DNA of 64,000 nucleotides from Calditrichales bacterium (GTDB lineage Bacteria; Calditrichota; Calditrichia; Calditrichales; J004): contig OZ254086.1 in the NCBI GenBank assembly GCA_965267575.1, forward strand, positions 1,760,001 through 1,824,000. Direction: 5' to 3'. Below, one piece after another: positions 1-9,708 of this stretch (positions within the stretch are counted from its first letter, which is position 1; the number at the start of each line of letters is the position of its first letter). A program made the translations under genes and the position numbers. The notes under the pieces are model-generated. The model had not been told where the DNA came from, made no database searches, and worked only from the letters and a program-made list of their open reading frames with translations.

Positions 1-1
1 C

Positions 2-268
2 CAGCCCGGACATTATCATAACGGTGGTTTGTGGCCCATGGTTAACGGCTGGTGGGGCGCCGCGCTGGCGAAACATGGTTTGCATGAAGAAGCCGGGCGT
101 GTGCTGGAAGCGGTGAACGGCTTCAACAAAAAGAAAAACTGGGGCTTTTACGAGTATGCCGCCGCCGCTGATCATAGTCCCAATGGCACGCCACACATGG
201 CCTGGAGTGCCTCGGCGACGCTGCTTTTGCAAAATATTTTGAATGGAAAAAAACTGGTTATGGACTAG
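2..268 (+). CDS. C-terminal part of a GH100-like (alkaline/neutral invertase-type) or related (alpha/alpha)6 glycoside hydrolase, truncated by the window edge
   Basis: Frame is open from base 2: QPGHYHNGGLWPMVNG...WGFYEY...HMAWSAS, resembling the YHNGGxWP and C-terminal W-S motifs of GH100 and glycogen-debranching-like enzymes. It heads a sugar operon. Confidence 0.65.
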   Translation, partial: QPGHYHNGGLWPMVNGWWGAALAKHGLHEEAGRVLEAVNGFNKKKNWGFYEYAAAADHSPNGTPHMAWSASATLLLQNILNGKKLVMD

Positions 269-271
269 GTT

Positions 272-2080
272 ATGCATATTATAGATTACATTGTTATCTC
301 CGTTTACCTGCTCGCAATTGTTCTTGTGGGTCTTATCGTTCAGAAGAAGGCTTCGCAGGGCATTGATTCGTATTTCCTGGGTAACCGCGATCTGCCGTGG
401 TGGGTGCTTGGCGCTTCCGGCATGGCTTCCAATACAGACATTGCCGGAACGATGATCAACACCGCCATGCTGTTTGCCCTGGGCACGCTGGGCTTTTTTA
501 TTGAAATTCGCGGCGGCGTGGTGCTGATGCTGGCTTTCCTGATGATCTTTATGGGTAAGTGGAACCGCCGCTCGCAGGCGATGACCATGGCCGAATGGAT
601 GCATCTGCGTTTTGGCAAAAACCGCGACGGAAACTATGCGCGCGTCATCAGCGCCGTGGCCAACCTGGTATTAACCATCGCCATGATCAGCTATTTTGCC
701 ATTGGCGCCGGTAAATTTGCCGGGGAATTTTTGGGCATCAATTGGCGCGTTGCTTCCCTCATTATGGCCGGGCTCGCTTCTATTTACACTATCGCCAGCG
801 GCCTTTACGGCGTAGTCTGGACCGATGTGTTCCAGGGTGTTTTTATTTTTGGAGCGATTGTATATGTGGTAGCCAAAGCGATGCTGCTCGTAGACTTGCC
901 GGAAGAGTTTATGGTTTCGGTGCCCCTGGTAGAAGGCGGCTTCCAGTCAATTGCTGTTACGCTTGATGAGTGGACGCGTGTTATCCCACCGATGCAACTT
1001 GAACTTCCGGGCATTTACGCCGGCTTCAACATGTTCGGCATTGCACTTTTCTTTTACCTTTTCCGCGTTACGCTGGAAGGAGCCGGCGGCGGCAGCGGCT
1101 ACATGGTACAGCGCTATTTTGCCGCAAAAAGCGATCGCGAAGCCGGTCTGTTGTCGCTGTTCTGGACCTTTCTGTTAATGTTCCGCTGGCCGATGATCGC
1201 GGCTTTCGCCATGCTGGGTATCTATTACGGTGGTTTGCACGGTGTCATCGCTGACCCGGAGCTGGTGCTTCCGACTGTAATCAATCAGTTTCTGCCTGTT
1301 GGTATTAAGGGTCTGCTCATTGCCGGTTTTATCGCCGCGGCCATGTCCACATTCGACTCCACCGTAAACGCGGGAGCGGCCTACTGGGTTAAGGACATTT
1401 ACCAGGCTTTTTTTAATCCGCAGGCAACCGGCAAGCAGCTCATGTGGCATAGCCGTATCTCATCATTTGTGATCATTATCCTCGGCTTGTTATTCAGTTT
1501 TACCATTACCAACATCAACGAGATCTGGGGTTGGATAACCATGGGCATCGGAGCGGGCATTTTTATCCCGCTTGTGCTGCGCTGGTACTGGTGGCGCTTT
1601 AACGGATACGGCTTTGCGTTTGGCACGCTCTTCGGAATCATTGCCGCTATTTTGAGTAAGGCGTTTTTTGATTACCTGCCCGAGTATATGCTGTTTATTT
1701 TCAGCAGCAGCGCCTCTCTTCTGGCGTGCATCATAGCTACTTTTATGTCGCGTTCCACGGACGATGCGGTTTTGAATAATTTTTATAAGATCACGCGGCC
1801 CTTTGGCATCTGGAAGCATATAAAAGAGCGTCTGCCCAACAATATTCAAGGAATGATCGACAGCGAAAACCGTCGCGATATTATGTCCATTATCGTGGCC
1901 GTGCCCTGGCAGTTAACCCTTTTTCTCACCGGTATTGTATTTGTGTTTAAACTGTGGGACAAGTTTTTTATCCTCGCCTCGGTCCTGGTGGTCCTTTCGG
2001 TTATCCTGTATAACACCTGGTACCGCCATTTGTCCGATTCCACTGAAATTGAAGATCAACTAAAAAAGATGGATGTATGA
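272..2080 (+). CDS. Sodium:solute symporter (SSS family)
   Basis: YFLGNRDLPWW, YTIASGLYGVVWTD, QRYFAAKS and AAAMSTFDS motifs; many transmembrane helices. Confidence 0.92.
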   Translation: MHIIDYIVISVYLLAIVLVGLIVQKKASQGIDSYFLGNRDLPWWVLGASGMASNTDIAGTMINTAMLFALGTLGFFIEIRGGVVLMLAFLMIFMGKWNRRSQAMTMAEWMHLRFGKNRDGNYARVISAVANLVLTIAMISYFAIGAGKFAGEFLGINWRVASLIMAGLASIYTIASGLYGVVWTDVFQGVFIFGAIVYVVAKAMLLVDLPEEFMVSVPLVEGGFQSIAVTLDEWTRVIPPMQLELPGIYAGFNMFGIALFFYLFRVTLEGAGGGSGYMVQRYFAAKSDREAGLLSLFWTFLLMFRWPMIAAFAMLGIYYGGLHGVIADPELVLPTVINQFLPVGIKGLLIAGFIAAAMSTFDSTVNAGAAYWVKDIYQAFFNPQATGKQLMWHSRISSFVIIILGLLFSFTITNINEIWGWITMGIGAGIFIPLVLRWYWWRFNGYGFAFGTLFGIIAAILSKAFFDYLPEYMLFIFSSSASLLACIIATFMSRSTDDAVLNNFYKITRPFGIWKHIKERLPNNIQGMIDSENRRDIMSIIVAVPWQLTLFLTGIVFVFKLWDKFFILASVLVVLSVILYNTWYRHLSDSTEIEDQLKKMDV

Positions 2081-3045
2081 CGGCTGCGCAAAATAAGCCA
2101 CAAAAGATTGATGTTCTTGCCGTCGGTGAGTTGCTGGTGGACCTTATTAGTCACCAGACCACCACCAGCCTGGCAGAGGCACGCGACTTCCACCGCTACC
2201 AGGGCGGCAGTCCTGCCAATCTGTGCGCCAATCTCGCCCGGTTGGGCAATCGTTCAGCGCTGATTGCCTGCGTGGGCAACGAGAGCCTTGGCGCCTACCT
2301 TAAAAAACGCGTGGCTGAGGCCGGCGTTATCACCGATTACATTGTGACCGACCCCGTTGCGCCGACCACCGTTATTTTACTGACCCGCACACCGGGCACT
2401 GCCGATTTTATCGCCTACCGGGTGGCCGACACGCTGATCCGTCCTGACAACATTCCGGAAGATTTGTTTGGGCGGGTGCGCGTTTTCCATACAACCTGTT
2501 TTGCCCTTAGCCGCCAGCCGGCCCAGAAGACAATCGTGGATGCCGCCCTGCGCATGGCTCAAAGCGGCGCAAAACTGAGCATTGATTGTAATTACGCGCC
2601 ATCGATCTGGGGCGATCGCGAAGAAGCGAGACATGTGGTGCAAAGCTATTGTGCCGGTGGCGCACTGGTAAAAATAAGTCTGGACGACGTGGCGCGGCTG
2701 TTTGAGGATGAGCATATCTCCGAAGAAGACGCCATTCGCCATTTTCATGGTTGGGGCGCCGAGCTGGTGTGCCTGACACTCGGCAAGCAGGGCAGTATTG
2801 TCTCTTCGCAGCATGGCAGCAGGTTTGAAAGCATTAAGGGCCGCCTGATACGCGTGGCCGATGCCACAGGTGCCGGGGATGCCTACTGGTCCGGTTTTTT
2901 AACCGCCTGGCTGGATGGCAGGCCCGCGGCTGATTGTGCTAAAACCGGCGCCATCCTGGCCGAGATGAAGCTGCAGAAAATGGGGCCGTTGCCGGCCAAA
3001 GTTGACAAAAGTGCCATTTACGCTGAATTGGAAAAATATGATTGA
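2077..3045 (+). CDS. PfkB family carbohydrate kinase (fructokinase-like)
   Basis: GELLVD, GGSPANL and DATGAGDAY signatures; ATGA overlap with the upstream gene. Confidence 0.92.
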   Translation: MTAAQNKPQKIDVLAVGELLVDLISHQTTTSLAEARDFHRYQGGSPANLCANLARLGNRSALIACVGNESLGAYLKKRVAEAGVITDYIVTDPVAPTTVILLTRTPGTADFIAYRVADTLIRPDNIPEDLFGRVRVFHTTCFALSRQPAQKTIVDAALRMAQSGAKLSIDCNYAPSIWGDREEARHVVQSYCAGGALVKISLDDVARLFEDEHISEEDAIRHFHGWGAELVCLTLGKQGSIVSSQHGSRFESIKGRLIRVADATGAGDAYWSGFLTAWLDGRPAADCAKTGAILAEMKLQKMGPLPAKVDKSAIYAELEKYD

Positions 3046-4909
3046 TCTGCTTATTGTTCTGGCGTTTATCGTTTACGCTGTCAGCTCCGGTTTTCGCTCC
3101 CGGAAAAAAGCATCGGAAAACCTGAGCGAGTATTTTCTGGCCGGCAAAACGCTAAGCGGCTGGAAAGCCGGATTGAGTATGGCCGCCACGCAGTTTGCCG
3201 CGGATACACCCTTGCTGGTTACCGGGTTGATCGCCACGGGCGGCATTTTCCTGCTTTGGCGCTTGTGGATTTACGGCCTGGCCTTTCTTTTGATGGGTTT
3301 TGTATTTGCTGCGGCCTGGCGTCGCGCCGGGGTTTTGACCGATGCAGAGCTTACGGAAATACGCTACAGCGGCAAAGGTGTACTGGCGCTGCGAGTCCTT
3401 AAATCCATTTATTACGGCACGGTGATTAATTGTGTTGTTTTAGCCATGGTGCTGGTGGCCGCCATGCGCATCGCCGAAGTATTTCTGCCCTGGCATGAGT
3501 GGCTGCCGGAGTTTATCTACGGCGCGTTTTATTCCCTGGTTGGTTTTTTCAACTTATCATTGGGCGAAAGCATCACCGGGCTCAGCACGCAGATCAACAG
3601 CACCAACAGCCTGATCAGTATCCTGGTGATCATCAGCTTTACGGCTCTTTACTCCACCACCGGCGGCCTGCGCAGTGTAGTGGCCACAGATGTAGTGCAG
3701 TTTGGTCTGGCGATGATCGGAACCCTGGTGTACGCCTTTGTGATCATGGGTGAAGTGGGCGGCCTGGCCAGCTTCGGTGAACAGATTATAGCGTTGTACG
3801 GTGAGGCCGGCAAGCAGATGCTCTCCTTTGCGCCCACCGGGGGTGAAGCGCTGCTGCCTTTCCTAGTGATCATCGGTTTGCAATGGTTTTTCCAGATGAA
3901 CAGCGACGGCACCGGATACCTGGCACAACGCTCGATGGCCTGCGCCACGGACAAAGACGCCCGGCTGGCAGCAATCGTATTTTCCTGGATGCAGATCGTT
4001 TTTCGCAGCCTGATCTGGCTGGTAATCGGTATCGGGCTGCTACTGGTTTATCCTTTTGCTGTAGCCGATATGGGCACGGAAGGCTTTGCCGCCTCGCGTG
4101 AAATTTTATTTGTGACCGGCATTAACGATCTGTTGCCGGTGGGTGTGCGCGGTCTGATGCTTACGGCCTTACTGGCGGCGCTGGCCTCCACCATAGACAC
4201 GCACCTCAACTGGGGTGCCGGCTACTGGAGTAACGATATCTACAAACGGCTGATCTGCAAAGAGTGGCTGAAGCGCGATCCCAAGAACACGGAGCAGGTA
4301 CTGGCGGCGCGCTTTTCCAATGTGCTTATTTTAGCGATTGCTTTGGTCATTATGGCCAACCTTGGCTCGATACAGGACGCCTGGTTCATTTCACTGCTTT
4401 TTGGGGCGGGTATGGGTTCCGTGCTTGTGCTGCGCTGGCTGTGGGAGCGCATAAACCTATTTTCGGAGCTGGCGGCAATGGCCACGTCACTGATCGTGGC
4501 GCCCATCCTGCTTTTTGCTACCGACCAGGAATGGATACGTCTGGGCTCCATGGCACTGCTTTCCACTTTTGCGGCGATCGTGGTGACCTTTTTTACACCG
4601 TCGACCAGCATGAAAACACTGGGCGAATTTTACAGGCGTGTGCGCCCGATTGGTTTTTGGGCAAAAAGCGCTCAGGCTGCCGGCGATACGGCGCAGGTTG
4701 CCAGAAAGCGTCTCGGCGAAGCGTTGCTCACCACGGGGATTACCGCGCTGTCGCTTTTTCTGATGCTGGTGGGTGTGGGCAAACTTATCTTTCCGGCGGG
4801 GGACACCATCCTGCTGCCAATTCTTTATATTGTTGTTTCGATTGCCCTGATACCGCTGTGGTGGAAAAAGGCTATGCACGACGACTATCTCAAAGCGGAA
4901 AAGGTGTGA
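3038..4909 (+). CDS. Sodium:solute symporter (SSS family)
   Basis: YFLAGKTL, YSTTGGLRSVVATD and AALASTID motifs. The ATG at 3038, overlapping the kinase stop, is preferred to the TTG at 3002. Confidence 0.9.
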   Translation: MIDLLIVLAFIVYAVSSGFRSRKKASENLSEYFLAGKTLSGWKAGLSMAATQFAADTPLLVTGLIATGGIFLLWRLWIYGLAFLLMGFVFAAAWRRAGVLTDAELTEIRYSGKGVLALRVLKSIYYGTVINCVVLAMVLVAAMRIAEVFLPWHEWLPEFIYGAFYSLVGFFNLSLGESITGLSTQINSTNSLISILVIISFTALYSTTGGLRSVVATDVVQFGLAMIGTLVYAFVIMGEVGGLASFGEQIIALYGEAGKQMLSFAPTGGEALLPFLVIIGLQWFFQMNSDGTGYLAQRSMACATDKDARLAAIVFSWMQIVFRSLIWLVIGIGLLLVYPFAVADMGTEGFAASREILFVTGINDLLPVGVRGLMLTALLAALASTIDTHLNWGAGYWSNDIYKRLICKEWLKRDPKNTEQVLAARFSNVLILAIALVIMANLGSIQDAWFISLLFGAGMGSVLVLRWLWERINLFSELAAMATSLIVAPILLFATDQEWIRLGSMALLSTFAAIVVTFFTPSTSMKTLGEFYRRVRPIGFWAKSAQAAGDTAQVARKRLGEALLTTGITALSLFLMLVGVGKLIFPAGDTILLPILYIVVSIALIPLWWKKAMHDDYLKAEKV

Positions 4910-4915
4910 TGCACC

Positions 4916-6763
4916 ATGCTGCGTTGCGATATCGCCGGCACTATGTCGCGCTTGCTGGCACAGGAAGACACCGACAACGACAAGCGCATCACCATCGACG
5001 ATAAAGGTCCCAAACGCTTCGAGCTGAAGCCGGGCGACCGCACCATGACCGTCACCGGTACGTACCACCTCTCCAACCTGCTGCAAGAGCTAACCCTGGC
5101 CCGTGAATCCGGCCGCGATGAAATCAACCCCGACCATATATTTGAAAACCCGCTAAACCGCCTGGACCGCGTGATCCGCGAGCAGTTTTGGTCCGGCTTA
5201 ACGCGCTGCATGGACGAGGCGCATCTCGGACAGATCCTGCAGGATCCTAAAAGCCCTGATCCTGATAAGCTGATTTTATATGTGCCTTTCAACGATAAGG
5301 CCGCCTTCGATTTTTATACTCCCCTGCAAAAGCGCGTTGGTTTTCGCCTGGAACGGCTGCCCCAAAACGTGACGCCGCGGTATGTGAAATCACTCAATGA
5401 TGCTTTTGGTCTGCTTACGCTTGCTGCGGATAAAAATGACGGCAGCTATAAACCGCTGCCATTTGTCGTGCCCGGCGGACGCTTTAACGAGCTGTACGGC
5501 TGGGACAGTTATTTCATTAACCGCGGGCTGCTGCTGGACGGCAAAATCAGCCTGGCCAAAAATACGGTCGATCATTTTCTTTATGAGATCCGCCATTACG
5601 GCAAGATTCTCAATGCCAACCGCAGCTATTATCTTACCCGCACACAGCCGCCGTTTCTCACATCGATGATCCGCGAATTGTGGCCGCACCTGGCACCATC
5701 GGGAGAAAGCAGAGCATGGCTGAAAAACGCTTTGCTTACGGCTATTTACGAATACAAAACGGTCTGGATGGCGCCACCGAGGCTTACCGCCAACGGCCTG
5801 TCGCGCTACTATGGTGAAGGTATCGGCATGCCGCCGGAGCCGGAGCCCGGACATTTCGATCATGTGTTTGAACGCTTTGCCCGCGATAATGGCATCGATC
5901 CCGTTTCGCTCAAGGAGGATTATCTGGCGGGGCGGATAAAGCACCGCGGATTAGACGAGTTTTTTATCCATGACCGTAGTCTGCGCGAATCGGGACATGA
6001 TAATTCCTACCGAATAGCCGGGCGTTGCGCTAACCTTAACACGGTGGATTTAAACAGCCTTTTATACAAGTATGAATGTGATCTGGCTGATATGCTGGAG
6101 ACACATTTTGACGGTGTGCTGGAAAACGCAGGCAAAAAATATGAGGCCAAATATTTTCGCCAAACTGCTGAACAGCGCAGTGAGCGGATGCAATATTTTA
6201 TGTGGAATGAAGATGAAGCCCGGTTTTTTGATTACGATTTTGAGAAGGATATGCAGACCGGTTTTGAGAGCATCACTAACTTATATCCATTGTGGGCCGG
6301 TATGCTGACGCATGGACAGGCTGCCCGGGTGGTTGAGCGGGGTTTGCCGCTGTACGTGGAAAAAGGCGGGCTGGTTAGTACCACGGAAAAATCGCGCGGT
6401 CCATTGGGCGAAGGGCGAGTGGCCTACCAGTGGGATTATCCTAATGGCTGGGCGCCACACCAGATGCTGATATGGCAGGGTTTGCGCAAATACGGTTACG
6501 AAAGTGAAGCAAGCGATCTGGCCTACCGCTGGCTGCATACCATTGTACGTAACGCGGCGGATTACAACGGCACCGTTCCCGAAAAGTACGATGTTGTAGC
6601 CTGCAGCCACAAAGTATTCGCCGAATACGGCAATGTTGGCACCGATTTCAGCTACATCACCCGCGAAGGTTTTGGCTGGATGAATGCCAGTTTTAAGGAA
6701 GGGCTGAGCTTGTTGGATGCCGGCCAGAAGAAAAAGCTGCGGCATATAGGTTTACCGGAGTAG
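4916..6763 (+). CDS. GH37 alpha,alpha-trehalase with N-terminal Ca-binding domain (neutral trehalase type)
   Basis: DTDNDKRITIDD EF-hand-like motif, PGGRFNELYGWDSY, NANRSYYLTRTQPP, RESGHD, QWDYPNGWAP and EGFGW. Confidence 0.93.
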   Translation: MLRCDIAGTMSRLLAQEDTDNDKRITIDDKGPKRFELKPGDRTMTVTGTYHLSNLLQELTLARESGRDEINPDHIFENPLNRLDRVIREQFWSGLTRCMDEAHLGQILQDPKSPDPDKLILYVPFNDKAAFDFYTPLQKRVGFRLERLPQNVTPRYVKSLNDAFGLLTLAADKNDGSYKPLPFVVPGGRFNELYGWDSYFINRGLLLDGKISLAKNTVDHFLYEIRHYGKILNANRSYYLTRTQPPFLTSMIRELWPHLAPSGESRAWLKNALLTAIYEYKTVWMAPPRLTANGLSRYYGEGIGMPPEPEPGHFDHVFERFARDNGIDPVSLKEDYLAGRIKHRGLDEFFIHDRSLRESGHDNSYRIAGRCANLNTVDLNSLLYKYECDLADMLETHFDGVLENAGKKYEAKYFRQTAEQRSERMQYFMWNEDEARFFDYDFEKDMQTGFESITNLYPLWAGMLTHGQAARVVERGLPLYVEKGGLVSTTEKSRGPLGEGRVAYQWDYPNGWAPHQMLIWQGLRKYGYESEASDLAYRWLHTIVRNAADYNGTVPEKYDVVACSHKVFAEYGNVGTDFSYITREGFGWMNASFKEGLSLLDAGQKKKLRHIGLPE

Positions 6764-6771
6764 CCGGACAT

Positions 6772-6915
6772 CCTTATTACTTTACTACTCATTCTCATTA
6801 TCTTTATCTTTTTTTATACTGGAATACCCCGCTTGCTCAAAACACCTTGACCGCCTTCGGCAAACAGGCTAAACTGCGTAACAGAAAATGATAATGATTA
6901 GGATAATGAAAAAGA
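6772..6915. repeat. Inverted pair of degenerate hexamer arrays
   Basis: Left arm ...CTCATT CTCATT ATCTTT ATCTTT; right arm AATGAT AATGAT TAGGAT AATGAA AAAGAT. Confidence 0.55.
6847..6875 (+). promoter_or_regulatory. Sigma70-like promoter
   Basis: TTGACC-17 bp-TAAACT, 30 bp upstream of the ATG at 6906. Confidence 0.55.
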
Positions 6916-8234
6916 TAGCCGTTGCGATTTTTTTTATGCTGTTTGTCTTTTGCAGCGAGCAGCCGACCTACCCGCCGGAGAACGGCAACGTGGATCCTGC
7001 CGCCATGCTAACAGTAAGCGACACCGGCCTGACAAGGCTGGGCCTTCGCCTGCAATTGCAGAACGCCCACCTGCCGACACTGGCCGCGCTGACCCGCGCC
7101 AATGTTAAAGACACGCTGCACGACACCCTACTTTTCAGCCATACACTGACCGGCAGCGACACCGCCTTCTACGACGATAATTTGCAGCCCAACGAAAATT
7201 ACCGCTACGAGCTGTGGCTGGCCAAAGACAGCACGCAACAGCAATGGTACCGCTTTGCCTTTAACCGCGGCACCATGGATACCACCGGCCACAACTTTAG
7301 CTGGCAGGTGTACGAATTTGGCGGCGCCGGCGGCAGCAGCTACCTGAACGACGTGGCTATTGTAGATGAAAACAACATCTGGGCCGTTGGCCGGATAAGC
7401 GTGGCCGACTCCGCCGGTGAAGTTGAGACGTACAACGCGGTGCATTGGGATGGGGAGAAATGGGAGTTGGTTAAGATCGAAGTGGCCACATCATTTGGCA
7501 CGAAAATAATTGGTGAACTGCGAGCCATCTATGCTAATGGTGGAGAGGATATTTGGGGCTTTTCGGTTCAAGGCTCTTATGTGCACTTCGACGGTTTGAG
7601 ATGGACAACATCATTCGTTGAGCAAAGACAAGGAACCATTAACCGTATTTGGGCTTCGGATGAGAATAATGTCTACTTCGTTGGAACCAACGGAAATATC
7701 ACCCACTACGACGGGCAAAGCTGGACGAAGCTGGAAAGCGGAACGGAACTGGATATTCAGGATATCTGGGGAGCAAATAATCCGCTATCCGGGGAAACGA
7801 AAATATTGGCCGTTGCTTCAAACCGGACACGCAATGAGGGCCGCGAACTGCTGCAGATAAAAGACGATCATGTAAACAAACTAAACACAACAGGATTGTC
7901 CTGGAGCCTTCGGAGTGTCTGGTTTTATCCGCACAAACGTTATGTTATTTGCGGAGACGGTATATATATGCGGCCGGATTTGGTGGGAGACTGGCAACGT
8001 GATGAAACCTTTCCTTCCCTGTATAAAGATGCCGTAAGAGGTGTACATATAAATAATATCGCTGTTGCCGGTTCTTTCGGTTTGCTTTCCCATTTTAACG
8101 GCAATACCTGGCGCCACTATACACGGGGTGACATAATCGACGCTGAATACAACGCCGTAGATATTTCCGAAGAGACGATTGTGGCTGTGGGCAACTATGG
8201 TAGCTTAGCCATAATCACCCTGGGATCAAGATGA
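6906..8234 (+). CDS. Secreted or lipoprotein, probable beta-propeller repeat protein
   Basis: Signal or lipobox-like N-terminus MKKIAVAIFFMLFVFC; repeated blades (NNIWAVG...HWDGEKW, HFDGLRW, NVYFVG...HYDGQSW, HFNGNTW). Confidence 0.7.
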   Translation: MKKIAVAIFFMLFVFCSEQPTYPPENGNVDPAAMLTVSDTGLTRLGLRLQLQNAHLPTLAALTRANVKDTLHDTLLFSHTLTGSDTAFYDDNLQPNENYRYELWLAKDSTQQQWYRFAFNRGTMDTTGHNFSWQVYEFGGAGGSSYLNDVAIVDENNIWAVGRISVADSAGEVETYNAVHWDGEKWELVKIEVATSFGTKIIGELRAIYANGGEDIWGFSVQGSYVHFDGLRWTTSFVEQRQGTINRIWASDENNVYFVGTNGNITHYDGQSWTKLESGTELDIQDIWGANNPLSGETKILAVASNRTRNEGRELLQIKDDHVNKLNTTGLSWSLRSVWFYPHKRYVICGDGIYMRPDLVGDWQRDETFPSLYKDAVRGVHINNIAVAGSFGLLSHFNGNTWRHYTRGDIIDAEYNAVDISEETIVAVGNYGSLAIITLGSR

Positions 8235-8250
8235 AGATTGGGGTTGCACC

Positions 8251-8273
8251 AAGAAGGCTCCCGTGCCGGAGCC
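8251..8273 (-). terminator. Putative intrinsic terminator
   Basis: GGCTCC/GGAGCC stem followed by TTCTT on the minus strand, between convergent genes. Confidence 0.4.
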
Positions 8274-8334
8274 GCAAAACGGTTGTTAATCTAATGCTTA
8301 TCTCGATAGAATGAAAAATTCAGATACAAAACCC

Positions 8335-9066
8335 TTAGCGTATATGCCTGCCGCCATCTACGGGGATCTCAGCGCCGGTGATGTAGTCACTTTCGCAGAG
8401 GAAGCGCACGGTTTGGGCAATATCTTCGGCGCTGCCTTCACGCTGCAGCAACGTAGCCTTTACGGCTCGCTCGCGCTGACTCTTATCGTAATCTTCCGGC
8501 AATAATACAGGACCGGGGTTGACGCAATTTACCAGAACTTCCGGCGCCAGCGCCTTGGCCAGCCCGATGGTCATACTGTTGACCGCGGCTTTGGTCATGG
8601 TGTAGGGGATGTAATCCGGCCAGGGCGAACGGAAATTTGTATCGCCGATATTAACAATCCGGCCGTTGCCGTTTTTTTTCATCCAGGCGCCCATCTCCTG
8701 CGACATAAAAAAAGCCGCTTTGCTGTTCAGCTCATGGAAAGTGTGCCAGTCTTTTTCAGTCGCTTCACCAATAGGTGTGGGGTAAAACAGGGCTGCGTTA
8801 TTAACCAGGATATCGATGCGCGAAAAAAGCTTCAGGCAGGCTTCACGGATTTGCCCGGGCGCCTCCTTCTCGCGGATATCGGCCTGCATGATTTCGCAGG
8901 TCCCCTCCGCCGTAATGATCTCATCGCGCAGAGATCTGGCCTCGTCCGCGCTGGAATGATAAACGCACAGCACGGCTGCTCCTGCATTGGCCAGCTCCAG
9001 CGAAATGGCCCGCCCCAGACGCACCGCGCCGCCCGTTACGATTGCCGCCTTACCATTCAAATTCAT
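8335..9066 (-). CDS. SDR oxidoreductase, pteridine reductase/FolM-like
   Basis: TGGAVRLG, NNAALF, YTMTK and VDGGR motifs. Confidence 0.85.
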   Translation of the reverse strand: MNLNGKAAIVTGGAVRLGRAISLELANAGAAVLCVYHSSADEARSLRDEIITAEGTCEIMQADIREKEAPGQIREACLKLFSRIDILVNNAALFYPTPIGEATEKDWHTFHELNSKAAFFMSQEMGAWMKKNGNGRIVNIGDTNFRSPWPDYIPYTMTKAAVNSMTIGLAKALAPEVLVNCVNPGPVLLPEDYDKSQRERAVKATLLQREGSAEDIAQTVRFLCESDYITGAEIPVDGGRHIR

Positions 9067-9692
9067 ACCATCTCCCGGATAAAAGGGTTATGCACCCGCT
9101 CCCGCCCAATGCTTGTCTGCGGGCCGTGACCGGGATAAACGATGATATCATCATCCAGAGGCATCAGTTTGGTTTTGATGGAATCGATCAGTTGGTTATA
9201 ATCGCCCATAAACAGGTCCGTACGGCCGATGGAATCGTAGAACAGTACATCGCCGCTGATGACGAAGCTGTCGAACAGGAAGCAGATACTGCCGGGACTG
9301 TGGCCGGGAGCGAGCAGTAATTTGAATGCCTGATTACCAAATTCATAGGTCTGACCTTCCTCTAGAAAGGAGGTGACCGACGGAGGTTCGGCGCAATCGA
9401 GGCCAAACATGGCCGACTGCTGGCGCATGGAATCCAAAAGCGGCTGTTCTTCTTTGGCCAGGTAAAAGGGCAGGTCGTGACGGCGCTGCATATCGCCGGC
9501 AAAACGCACATGATCAATATGGGCGTGGGTATTGTAAATGGCCTGCGGCTTCAGATTGTGTGCGTTCATGAATTCTTCGATTCGCAGGATGTCGTCGCCC
9601 GGGTCAAACAGCAGGCAAGGGCCGCCCTCCTGTTCATAAACAACGTAGGCGTTCATCTGAAACGGCCCTACAGTAATACATTCAACGTGCAT
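9063..9692 (-). CDS. MBL-fold metallo-hydrolase (glyoxalase II/YcbL-like)
   Basis: THAHIDH, PGHSPG, GDVLF, IGRTD and PGHG motifs; AAGGAG ribosome-binding site before the ATG at 9692. Confidence 0.9.
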   Translation of the reverse strand: MHVECITVGPFQMNAYVVYEQEGGPCLLFDPGDDILRIEEFMNAHNLKPQAIYNTHAHIDHVRFAGDMQRRHDLPFYLAKEEQPLLDSMRQQSAMFGLDCAEPPSVTSFLEEGQTYEFGNQAFKLLLAPGHSPGSICFLFDSFVISGDVLFYDSIGRTDLFMGDYNQLIDSIKTKLMPLDDDIIVYPGHGPQTSIGRERVHNPFIREMV

Positions 9693-9708
9693 GGAAACTC
9701 CTTTGACA

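Noticed and set aside
4264..5004. 246-aa alternative-frame ORF spanning the symporter-trehalase junction
   Set aside because: Low-information Gly/Arg/Ala-rich translation; both real genes are intact, so no frameshift is needed.
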